Assembly: GCF_964355755.1 (NCBI RefSeq)
Contig: NC_092673.1
Span: forward strand, 1,364,001 to 1,428,000
Length of the DNA: 64,000 nucleotides
Reading direction: 5' to 3'
Origin: Antedon mediterranea
Taxonomy: Eukaryota; Animalia; Echinodermata
A program made the position numbers and the translations under genes. Shown here piece after piece: positions 54,179-64,000 of this stretch. Below the pieces are notes generated by a model. It was not told where the DNA came from and made no database searches. It was given only the letters and a program-made list of their open reading frames with translations. Numbering within the stretch: the first letter of the stretch is position 1; each line of letters opens with the position of its first letter.

Positions 54179-57100
54179 TCACGAATCACAATTAGTATGA
54201 ATTTGCAGAATTCCTTGTTTATGCATTTGCAGTAGAGCGTAAAACTCGTCACCGAAACCATGAGTTTTGGATGACCCAGTCGTTGGCCATTCGTTTGCGT
54301 AGTAATGGTAGCGTACTGGTTGATCAGCCCAGTTTAATGCAAATGGCCAAAATCCATACAAATGAACTTCACTGCAAAATGACAACGCGTTTGTCACCCA
54401 ATAAATACCTACAAATTGACAAAATGAAAATCATTACATAAATTAAAAATGATCTTAATTGTTATAGGCCTAAAGATTGTGCAAAAGCAGGAGTAACAAA
54501 TATTGCAAGGATTTTGAAATAGGTGAAAGTTGTAGGGCTAATGTTTCACCCGATTCCCAGTATTTACTATTATAGGAATATTTGGTAATACAGCATCTCA
54601 TTTATATCACATGTGGTGCCTGTATCATGTAAGGTTAATTCTAGATACATGTGAAACACATGATATGTTGTATTACCAAATATTCCTATGGTACTTTGGA
54701 AATAAACACAGTAACTAGAATCAGCTGAATGTGTAGGCCTAATATGTTGCATTTTGCTGGGCAGAGAGGTGCAGCTCGGATAAATCCGCCTATAGTATTA
54801 CTGAAACATCATAACATGTAAACAAAATGTACTGTAAACATTACATCACTATTGTTTAGTGTCAAACGACGTAACAACTTACCGCTAGAAAGGTGTTTTT
54901 TAACGTTCACGCCTCTTGTGTGCCAAAAGGTACTCATCGATCGCCAATGATTGGGATTTCCAAACAGAATTTTCAAATGTTTTAGTCTTGATCGAGTTGT
55001 TATGAGAAGGCGTCTGCAAGTTTCCATGGTATTTGGATGGGCAAATGCCGACGCCCAAATATAATGATTATACTGCTGTACGTGTTTAAGAAACCTCTGA
55101 CGATCTTTAAAAAAAACAAATCCACCAAATCTGTACAAAATATAAATAAAACAATATACAGTATGCTTATTTCATTTCAAGTCGCAATTTACAGACTGAG
55201 TATTTGTATAGGCCAATATACAAAAGAGCAATACACAAAATGTTGGCAATATAAAGACACTCAAGACACAGTAAACAATGTACAAAGTGTACAAAGCTAT
55301 CTAGTGTCATTACATTTAATTTTAAAGTAACTAGTTTGATAAATCTGAGAGAGGTCTGTTAAAACTCATTATTTTAGGTTTTTCATGAGCAGTAATCTGG
55401 AGCTTCAAACGACCAAACAACCACCATCTACAAGATGTAGATGCCACATGACCTATCTCAGGTGGTAAAGATTCAATGGTTGGATTAGCATCTTACCTAA
55501 ATTTATGAATGTTTATGTGCAAAACCTACTGTTTTCCGATTTGTGATGGATTTAAAGTTGTGATGTCAGATCTAGAACCAACATCTTTCCTATGTCCATT
55601 AAGGGGAGGCAAGTTAAATCTGAAAAAAAATAAATTACAGTACTGTGTTGAAATACTGGTTCTTATCAAATCACTGAAGTTAAGCAATGTTGGGCCTTCA
55701 TTTTGCTTTCAGATATAAAAGAAGCCTAACCTATTTTTATTTCACAGTTTACCTAATTACAAAGTCAGCATTATCAATCTGTCTTCCACAACTGCTATTG
55801 TTTAAGATACCACTACTTCCTACAACACTACATACAGTAGGTCGACCAAAAGATAAGTGTTGCTCCTGTAAAAAAAAGAAACATTTTCAATCATTTCTAT
55901 ACTGTACTTTTTTAAATAAAAAAAAAAAAAAATACATTAGAAATTTGTTTAAATTACCATTTTTAACCTCTGTCTATACATGTGACAAAAAATTGTAATG
56001 TGGCCATATATAGACACGATGACGTCATATCACTACCATATTTGGGCACATCACACTAGTTTGATAGTGTAAACAGAGCTTTAGCTGATGATGATGATAT
56101 TCTTACGTGAGGCAGAAAGTTGAACATGTCGGAGGGTATTTTTCTTATTGGTACTTCTTCCAATGCAAACTTGATTCTTTTAGCATTTGCCATGTTACCT
56201 CTTGAAGCAAATAACATCGAAGGATTTGAAACTTTTGAAATTTGACTTCTGCAAACAAAACAATAAAGTTAAAGATAAGTTATTGTTCACCAAAAAAAAA
56301 AAATTAAGATTAATAAGAAAAACTTTGAATAGGCAATTTCGTTTCTTTCTTTCTTTTATATATATATTTCATTTCATTTTGTAGTTTTGTAGTTAAATTT
56401 TATATTTCCATAGAAAAAAAAATTTAAAAAAATAATTTTTTCACTCAAAAAAAGACAAAATAGTGTTGAAATTCAACCAAAAACACATTGACTTCCAGTT
56501 AATTCGAAATATTTTTTTGCGTTAAATTACAGTATTTTTCAGGTAAATAAATTTGTTTTCGATCCAATTGTTTGGTCAAAGTGGATTACTATTATGTGAC
56601 ATTAAAACAGCATATTCAACAAAAAAACATTTTTTTTCAGGTGACAATATATGGTCTAAATATCCTGTATATACACATAAAAAATAAATATTGGTTGGTT
56701 GTCATCATTATTAAATAGTTGAAATTTAGAAAACAAGATTAATTCATATAATAATAACTCACTTTATATCATTTATTTTAGTTGTATTAAAATGAAAATC
56801 TCCATTTAAAAGCTTGTGAATTTGCTGCAGATCAAAGCGTTCAGCTTCTTTCTTTGTCATCAAAAACAGATCATAGTCGTCATATCCAGTTTCCTCTTTT
56901 ACCACATTACATTTCCTAAAATTATATACAGTAGTACATCTTTTAATACAAATATTTAGTTTAAGCCCTATCTACACTATCAAACTTTATGCGACAAAAT
57001 GCAATGTGCCCATATGGGCACGATGATGTCATAGCACTACCATATTTAAGCATATCACTACCATTGAACACATCACACTTTTTTGTCAAACTAGTTTGAT

Positions 57101-57507
57101 AGTGTAGACAAAGCTTTAGTCAATGTTGGCCAGATACATCAATGTATGTTGTGTTTTACCATCATGTTAATGTTGTTGTCTGTATACCTGGAAATTGAAT
57201 AAATAAAAATAAATAAATAAATAATTAACATTATTCAAACGTAATATTCTTTTACTTTCTTTTACATATTGATATTTCTAACGGATCAACGAGTTTATTA
57301 AGACGCCTGACCTACAACCTTGGTTCTTTGGCCTCAGAATTAATTAATCAAATAAACAAACATAAAAGGAGTTACACAAATGATTGATTACCTTCCCATT
57401 ATCCTACAGAGTGGTTCAACCAGCACCAAGCTCACTTTCATCAACAAAAGAAATAAACAGGCCGACAAAAGTAAACGGAATATCGTAGATCTGCGTCGTA
57501 TTTCCAT
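54179..57507 (-). CDS. Alpha-2,8-sialyltransferase (GT29, ST8Sia-like), multi-exon
   Basis: Type II membrane N-terminus MEIRRRSTIFRLLLSACLFLLLMKVSLVLV. Sialylmotif L [32 protein letters not shown]...DVGSRS; motif S LSSGIYWVTNALSFCSEVHLYGFWPF; motif III HYY; motif VS HGFGDE; C-terminal Cys typical of ST8Sia. Exons at about 57507-57392, 56916-56763, 56248-56107, 55866-55753, 55619-55530, 55130-54883 and 54408-54179. Confidence 0.9.
55637..55698 (+). pseudogene. Degenerate 5S rRNA-derived fragment (truncated 5S-SINE head)
   Basis: GTTGAAATACTGGTTCTTATCAAATCACTGAAGTTAAGCAATGTTGGGCC resembles 5S and the SINE head at 61162. Confidence 0.6.
55967..56080. mobile_element. MITE family A copy
   Basis: CTCTGTCTATAC...GATAGTGTAAACAGAGCT-TTA. 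Confidence 0.7.
56964..57115. mobile_element. MITE family A copy
   Basis: TTA-AGCCCTATCTACACTATCAAAC...GTTTGATAGTGTAGACAAAGCT-TTA. Confidence 0.8.
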
Positions 57508-58645
57508 AGGAAGATTTTCACTGCTGTATAATTTAAATATTCTGTATAAACAAAACAAAAACAATTAAATGCAAAAAAAAAAAAATGTCTATGTATTTAT
57601 AAGTTCAATGTTGGATTTATATGACATTATATGATAACTTTTTAATAATTCAACTTTATACAATACATAACTTTTTGATAATTTAACTTTATACATTATG
57701 ATAACTTTTTAATTCCATCCTGATACAATCACATATGACTTTTGTAGGATAGCAGTTTTTTGTTATTAATTATTCCAAAACACTGCACCCTTGCATGTAT
57801 ATATTACTAACACTAAGTATTACTATTAAAAATCAAAAAATGCAACCAAAACATTAATTTGGGAATTTCCTTACAAACTCACAATTCAACTTATGATACA
57901 TTATTACATTATAAAGAAGCTTAATAATATTATGTAGAGAGAAAAATAAAAATACATTCTACTCACCTTCACAGTGTGCATAACTGGTCTTGTTTGAAAT
58001 GAATTTGGAGTTTTATAGAAATATTGAAATTTAACCATGGGCTTTCAGCTATGTCGATCAACTACGTCATTCACCCATTTTCTTATATTCGTATTCACTT
58101 CAATTGATAATCAATAATTAATACAAAACAATCATTATGTTATTGTGTTACTGGAGGTAAAATATATCGACTTGATTTTCTAATTTTTTGCCATGAATTC
58201 ATATTTATGTCATAACCACAAGATCAGCTAAAATAAATATTCCACGGACCACGGACCAACGCTGTTTTTCAATTATGCTAAGCAATTAATTGTATTTTTA
58301 GGTTAACTCATGATAAGAAAAAGACAATGCAGTGTTGTATGTGGATATAATGATGATTTATTACTCTCTCATGATTCTGAACCTGATATCTAGAATTCAT
58401 TTCATTATTCGGTCTATTTTAATATATACATAAGAAGAGAAAAAGAAATTTGGGAGACCAGGGTCAACCTAAGTGAACTTAATCACTGTAGCGGAGGCGG
58501 TTGACCACAGTTTACACATAAAAGACACAGAAGACAGTAATATCGAATCAAAATGAATGTGAACTTTTCTAATGACTTTTCTAGGACTGCAGTATTACTT
58601 TCTATACAAATCTCCACTTATACAAATAAATTTATTGTTTAATTC

Positions 58646-61600
58646 TTATTTCGGTATCCTTCTAAGTTCGTGAGAAAACCACAAAGCAATTGTTAACAAA
58701 CTCAAAGATCCAAATTGATGAGACGCTGCCAGGCTAGTTGGTACATAGTACAGTAATGTACATATCCCTAATGTAACCTTAAGTATTAAAAGAAAAGAAA
58801 ATATGTATAAGTGAATCCAATTAGTACCTAGTACAGTAATGTACATATCCCTAATGTAACCTATTAAGTATAAAAGAAAACAAAAATATGTATATGCAAA
58901 ATCTATCCAATGCTAAATTATTGAAGTTGCCATGGAGAATGGCATATTTCATATATATTCATAATTTTCAAAAGATAACCGACCAAAATCACCGATCAAT
59001 AATAAAATAATAAACAAATGCCATAAATTCTCGGTTGGGGAACTTTTTTTACTCAGCTACTATTTTCATCTAAATTACCATTTTAAAAATGAATATTAAT
59101 TAGAGCTATATATTAAGATTGTTTTTGGTAAAATAAGTTTATGTGATGAAAACAGTAGATTGTGGTTAAGATGCTTGCTTATAAATTTCAGGTAAACTGA
59201 TTCCTGTCATTTGATTGGATGATTGTGGGTCACATGGCCGTATAATAGCATGTATTATATAACACCCAAATAGATTCCTGTTATTTGATTGGACAATCGC
59301 TGCACCTAGCACGGTGTATACTAATTTTTATTGGATGTTTTCAAATCTCTTATCAACATCTAGATTAACTAGTAGAAATGATAAGTTTATACATATCGGG
59401 AGAATCTTTTGGTTTATCCAAAATATCGGGAGAAATTGGATTTTAGTGGGACTATATAACTATATATTGGGTTCAATGTCTTTATTAATAATTGTGGTAA
59501 ATTATACTGACCTGTAATGCGACCATTCCCAGCATGCAGTTGGCCGCAAGGTTTGCTCGTTTTGGGAGAGGAATTCGACGTGTGAGCGCCCACAATGACA
59601 CAACAGCCAGTGCTGATGTAATTCCCTAAGATTAAACAAAAATACCAGCTTATATTAAAGGTTATAAAATATAGATTATGATTATATATACTAATATAAA
59701 AAAATTATTCCAATACACCGATTTTGTAATGCCATTCCTCACATTCTGTTTATTTAACACATTTGTTTTATACTTACCAACAACCTGTGGTCAAACTGCA
59801 CTGTAGTAGAGTTTTCAAAAAAGTTTTTCCACTTAGGGTCAAAGGTCAGGATATCTTGTGGTATCCACCTGTTGGCCATTTTAGGAAAAGAATTGTAAAC
59901 AAGTCCAGCATCTAAGCCTGCTACAAAAGCTCCTGCCAAAATAAATAAATCAATACCTTATTTATCAAAACTTGGGTGGGCAATTTATTCATTTCAAATG
60001 CACTTTTGTATATACCAAATAAGGCGACATAAGGTATATATCTTCCTTAATTCATTTCACAGGAAAGCATCCTCTGAATAGATGTGACCCAAAGGAGGGG
60101 TTACTGTAAACCGTATCTATGGCAATAAAAATCCTGCGTTTTATGTTAAATTTTGGTTATATTATTGACATTTTTTAGTTTTAATATGAAATATGCGGAG
60201 TATATTATTTAATATTTCTTGATATTCGAAAATACTCAGTTGATAATTTCATATAAGATTGTACCTGATAAAGCTGTAGCAAAAACAAGGCCCACTGTAC
60301 CATGTGCAAATCGTCGTACAACAGGCAGAAGCTTGCTTTCAGTAATCTGTATAAAAACAATATTTGAAAAATATTCAAGAAATTGGGAGAAAAGCAGTCT
60401 GAACTCGTGTTTAATCGCCGTTCAAAAAGTCAGTGACCATGGAGAGTCCCCATAGCTTTAAGCATTATGGGAAATTCCGGGCACTATGAGAAATTCTGGA
60501 CACTATGGACAATTTCGGGACACTATGGGCAATTCCAGGCACTAAGGACAATTCCGGACGCTATGGGAAATTATTGGTATTATGGAAAATTCCAGGCACG
60601 ACAACTGAAAACTACAATTACTTACTTGTATAGGTTTAAGAACATGAGATAAACCCTGCCAAAACATTAGAGCATAGAGAAGAAATGCTGATCCTAGATG
60701 TGAGGCTAGTCTGTATTGGCTTACACGAGGCATGTCTGTTTTTGCTGGTTCATCTAAACCACTCTTCACCATATACCAACCAAGAAGCCCCTTTAAAAGT
60801 TTAAAATACAAAACAAAAATCAGCTACAAAGAATAACAAATTAAATGTTGAAATGTTTTAATATTTTCACAAAAACTGATGAAGTCTAGCTGACGAAACT
60901 GTCCTGAAGCGCAAATTTACTGGTTTACTATCAATGAACTACATACCAATATGTTTTAATATTCATTTTTATTCAGCGTACTTTTGATTGAAGTTTTTAA
61001 AACACAGTAGAACCGCTCCTTTGGCACATCCAAATTGAAATGAACATGGGTACTTTTTTAAAAAATCCTCTATTAAGGGGACAGTCTTCATCTTTATCAT
61101 TATGAGTTCCCACAATCATCATGTTGATTATAACGGAACTAGTCGGTGTGGTTACAGTATTAACAGCTGGTTCTGCGTTGAAACCCCGGTTCTCGTCAGA
61201 TCACCGAAGTTAAGCAACGTTGGGCCTGGTTGCGTTCTGGATGGGAGACCGTCTAGAAATCGCGGCGGGTGCTGTATATACTGGAGAGTGATGGTGTAAT
61301 GGTAATATCGGACTAGCATGTGATAGGCATGGGTTCGAGGTTATCTGTACCATACTAATTGCATCCTTAGGCAAGGTGCTTTACTCTCATTGCCTCGTCC
61401 TTCGGATGGGATGTAAAGCCGTTGGTCCCGTGTACTTAACAGTGCACGTTAAAGAACTTGGTACACTATTCGAAAAGAGTAGGGGATCGTCTTCCGGTGT
61501 GCTGATCTGGTAGGCGCTGCACTGCTGGCTGCCGTGGGTCCGTGGAGGGCCTAATCCGAATTTCCTGAGTTTCCAGTTCAGCTTGAGGACAAATATGAAT

Positions 61601-63654
61601 ACCTTTACCTTACCTTTACTGTATTTCTTATATTATTATTTTTTTTTTTTATATATTTTTATTATTATTTTTCTTTTTTTTTATATTTATTTTTACAGTT
61701 TGTTGAGTCTTAATAGGACGTTCTACTGACCAATGAAAAAGAAGGAAATAGGAATAAAAAAGCAATAAATTACCTGAAAAACTAATAACGAACCAAATAA
61801 CAAAATCTTTGGCTTCAAAGCTTTACTAATCCAGCCTTTCCTCCAGAAATAAATGGCAGGTAAAATATACGCAATACCAATTGTACGACCCCACATACGA
61901 TGACCCCACTCCATCAAAAAGATAAATTTAAATTCTTTCAATGTTATTTCACGATGAACACTACAAAAGGAAACAATCAATGCATCAAGATATTTGAATG
62001 ATAAAATCACAAACATTAATCACAACAAAATTGACATATTGCAGGGCTACAAATGAACAATGTTCATTCCTACATTTCTAATATTTTTTCCTCAGATGAT
62101 TTTGATTTTCTTTCAACCAATCGGCTAATTTGTTCAATAAAAAAAAGAAGATGCTATAGAAAAATTAAATTTATAAGAGAGGTAATATAATTAATAGCCA
62201 TAACTCTGATTGATCTTCTTAAAAATCGAAATTATGATAAATAAATGTTCTCACTACTTATATTCTGGAAATTGTTTATATCGTTCAAATTCTTGTTGCC
62301 ATTCCTCTTCACTTCTTGGTGGTTTCATGCCTTTAATCAAATGCCAATTGGTCATAGATAACCCTGATTCTGTCAGTCTGAAAGTAAGCAAGCACTATAA
62401 TGAATGAGTAAAACTCACCAATGAGAATTTAAATAAAGATGAACTCACACAAGACAACAAAAAAAATGAATGAGTAAAACACATATAATGAGAGTTCATC
62501 CCTTTTCTATGACACCATTAATCATAACTATTGCGACATTCAAGTTATATCCTGAGTTATATCTATTCTTTTTTATTTCTCATTGTACTATGATTATTTA
62601 TGTATGTTTATGAAGGTGTATGATGAATGGAAATAAAGAAAGAATCACTCTCCTGGTGCGAAAAATGTACCACTGCACCTGCTACCAACAAGACCTTAAG
62701 AACCATCACCACCATACACACCTGGTTATATCTATACTACAACTGTACTGACAACCATAAAAACATGAGCCCAACAACCACCCTCCTGTATTTACCTGGT
62801 TATACCGCCAAGTACCAAGCACGTTTTATCTTACCACAAGAGCATAGCAACAACCATCCTGCTTACTTGATTACACCACCAAATACCACTGCACCGGCTA
62901 CCATACCAAGGAGCCTAGCAACAACTTAACCATCCTATTACCTGGTTACACCACCTAGTACCACTGCACCTTCTATCTTACCACAAGAGCCTAGCAACAA
63001 CCATCCTGCTTACCTGGTTACACCACCAAGTACCACTGCACCGGCTACCATACCGCAGGAGCCCAACAACCACCATCCTACAATCTTCTCAACTCGTGCT
63101 GGAACAGCTTTCTTTGTGGTTGTGTGACGTATGAAACTTACAAAAGTATTCAGCCTTGATTTCCTCTACAAAAAATAAATTGGTGTTAAATACAAAAATG
63201 AATTTATTTTTGTTTACTTAATCATAATTCATTACAAAATTAACGGATTTTTGAATAAGCAGTATTTTAACTAAAAATATGATCTATTTTTTATTTATTT
63301 TCAATTAATAGTCTTTATACAAATTTGAGATTTAGTAGTGATATAAAAGTAAATAATAACCAGTAATGCAAGTAAATAATGACAAATGTAAAATGTAGAA
63401 AATGTTAAATCACCTGAAACACTGCATGTTTTACACAAGGGAAACCCGTTGAATATGAAAGTACTGTCCTGGGCGGCTGTGAAAATACAAAATGTGTATG
63501 TAAATTTGTAGTCTGCCGAGATAAAAAGTGCAATCAGACTAATAATTATGACGAAGGTTCCTCCTCCCATGCGATGGGCAAATGTACTGTATCTAGGTAG
63601 CCTAGGTGCTACTGCACTTTTGCACTCTCTTGAGCTTACCCCAAAAAAAAACAT
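58646..63654 (-). CDS. COX15: Heme A synthase COX15, ~10 exons
   Basis: Exons at about 63654-63640, 63477-63415, 63166-63014 ([23 protein letters not shown]), 62377-62257 (LTESGLSM), 61960-61774 (EWGHRMWGR), 60791-60626 (GWYMVKSGL...[12 protein letters not shown]), 60346-60265, 59933-59778 ([19 protein letters not shown]...VQFDHR), 59625-59512 and 58777-58646 (LAASHQ). The start codon is tentative. Confidence 0.93.
60465..60600. repeat. ~20-bp tandem repeat CACTATGGGAAATTCCGGG
   Basis: About 6-7 degenerate copies. Confidence 0.8.
61162..61615 (+). mobile_element. Chimeric 5S rRNA + tRNA headed Deu-domain SINE
   Basis: 5S-like 61162-61279 (GTTGAAACCCCGGTTCTCGTCAGATCACCGAAGTTAAGCAACG...GGATGGGAGACC). 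tRNA-like 61283-61352 (TGGTGTAATGG, GGTTCGAG). Deu-like core CCTTCGGATGGGATGTAAAGCCG...TTCGAAAAGAGTAGGGG. (TTACC)-type tail. Candidate TSD TTACAGTATT/TTACTGTATT. Confidence 0.85.
62650..63013 (-). repeat. Tandem array of ~5 degenerate copies of the 3' half of a COX15 exon plus its 5' splice site
   Basis: ~72-nt unit GATGGTGGTTGTTGGGCTCC...GGTGGTGTAACCAG-GTAAGCAG repeated into the intron. Confidence 0.85.
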
Positions 63655-64000
63655 TCAGAGTTAATGGTGAGTGACCATGCCCAGTTTGGTACGAAAGTAC
63701 AGTAGCTTCAGAGGAGGACAGACAGAGGTGAGAGGAGTTGCCTACCGACCGTACCTATCCTAGCTGGTAAGACGAGAGACGATCGGCCCGGTATGATTCG
63801 GCCCTGGGACTATTTGGCCCTGAGATGATTCGGCCCACTCAAATTTATTGACTTCGACAAGAAATTAAATTAATGTTTAAATAATGTATGTTTTTTTTTC
63901 TTTAGGCCTATTCATTTATATATAAGCAAACAAAACACCAAATTCCCTGGAAAAAACTTGACTAAACTTACACAAAACGATGTGACACCGTTTGTAAACA

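Noticed and set aside
57160-57187. Possible 28-nt micro-exon of the sialyltransferase
   Set aside because: Inclusion would shift the frame; exon 1 joins the 56916 exon in phase without it.
61162-61279. Functional 5S rRNA gene
   Set aside because: Diverged termini, no oligo-T terminator, and fused to tRNA-like and Deu SINE segments.
62627-62929. Thr/Pro-rich plus-strand ORF
   Set aside because: Antisense reading of the COX15 exon-derived tandem array.

Overview
AT-rich, intron-rich animal genomic DNA. Deu-domain SINEs and an ST8Sia-type sialyltransferase suggest an invertebrate deuterostome such as an echinoderm (inference). Gene order: INPP5F/SAC2 (+, 5'-partial); C12orf57/GRCC10 (-); a 3-exon Myb/SANT(MADF)-BESS gene (-) head-to-head with an intronless RBBP4/7 (+); CCDC142 (-); a two-exon 75-aa signal-peptide/Ser-Thr-rich/GPI-signal microprotein absent from the ORF track (-); a divergent cohesin STAG/SA paralogue (-); an alpha-2,8-sialyltransferase (-); and COX15 (-). 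Introns carry many non-autonomous elements: three AGC...GCT/TWA PIF-Harbinger-like MITE families (one self-nested), a 9-bp-TSD MULE-like element, a TTAA piggyBac-like element, a truncated Rex1/Babar-like LINE, a 5S+tRNA chimeric DeuSINE and several minisatellites. Most notable: the CD24/CD52-like GPI microprotein with a transposon in its 3' splice site; tandem duplications of COX15 exon ends that create decoy splice sites; and the divergent STAG with a read-through intron ORF. Exon coordinates were read by eye from GT-AG boundaries and homology recall; no database searches were run.
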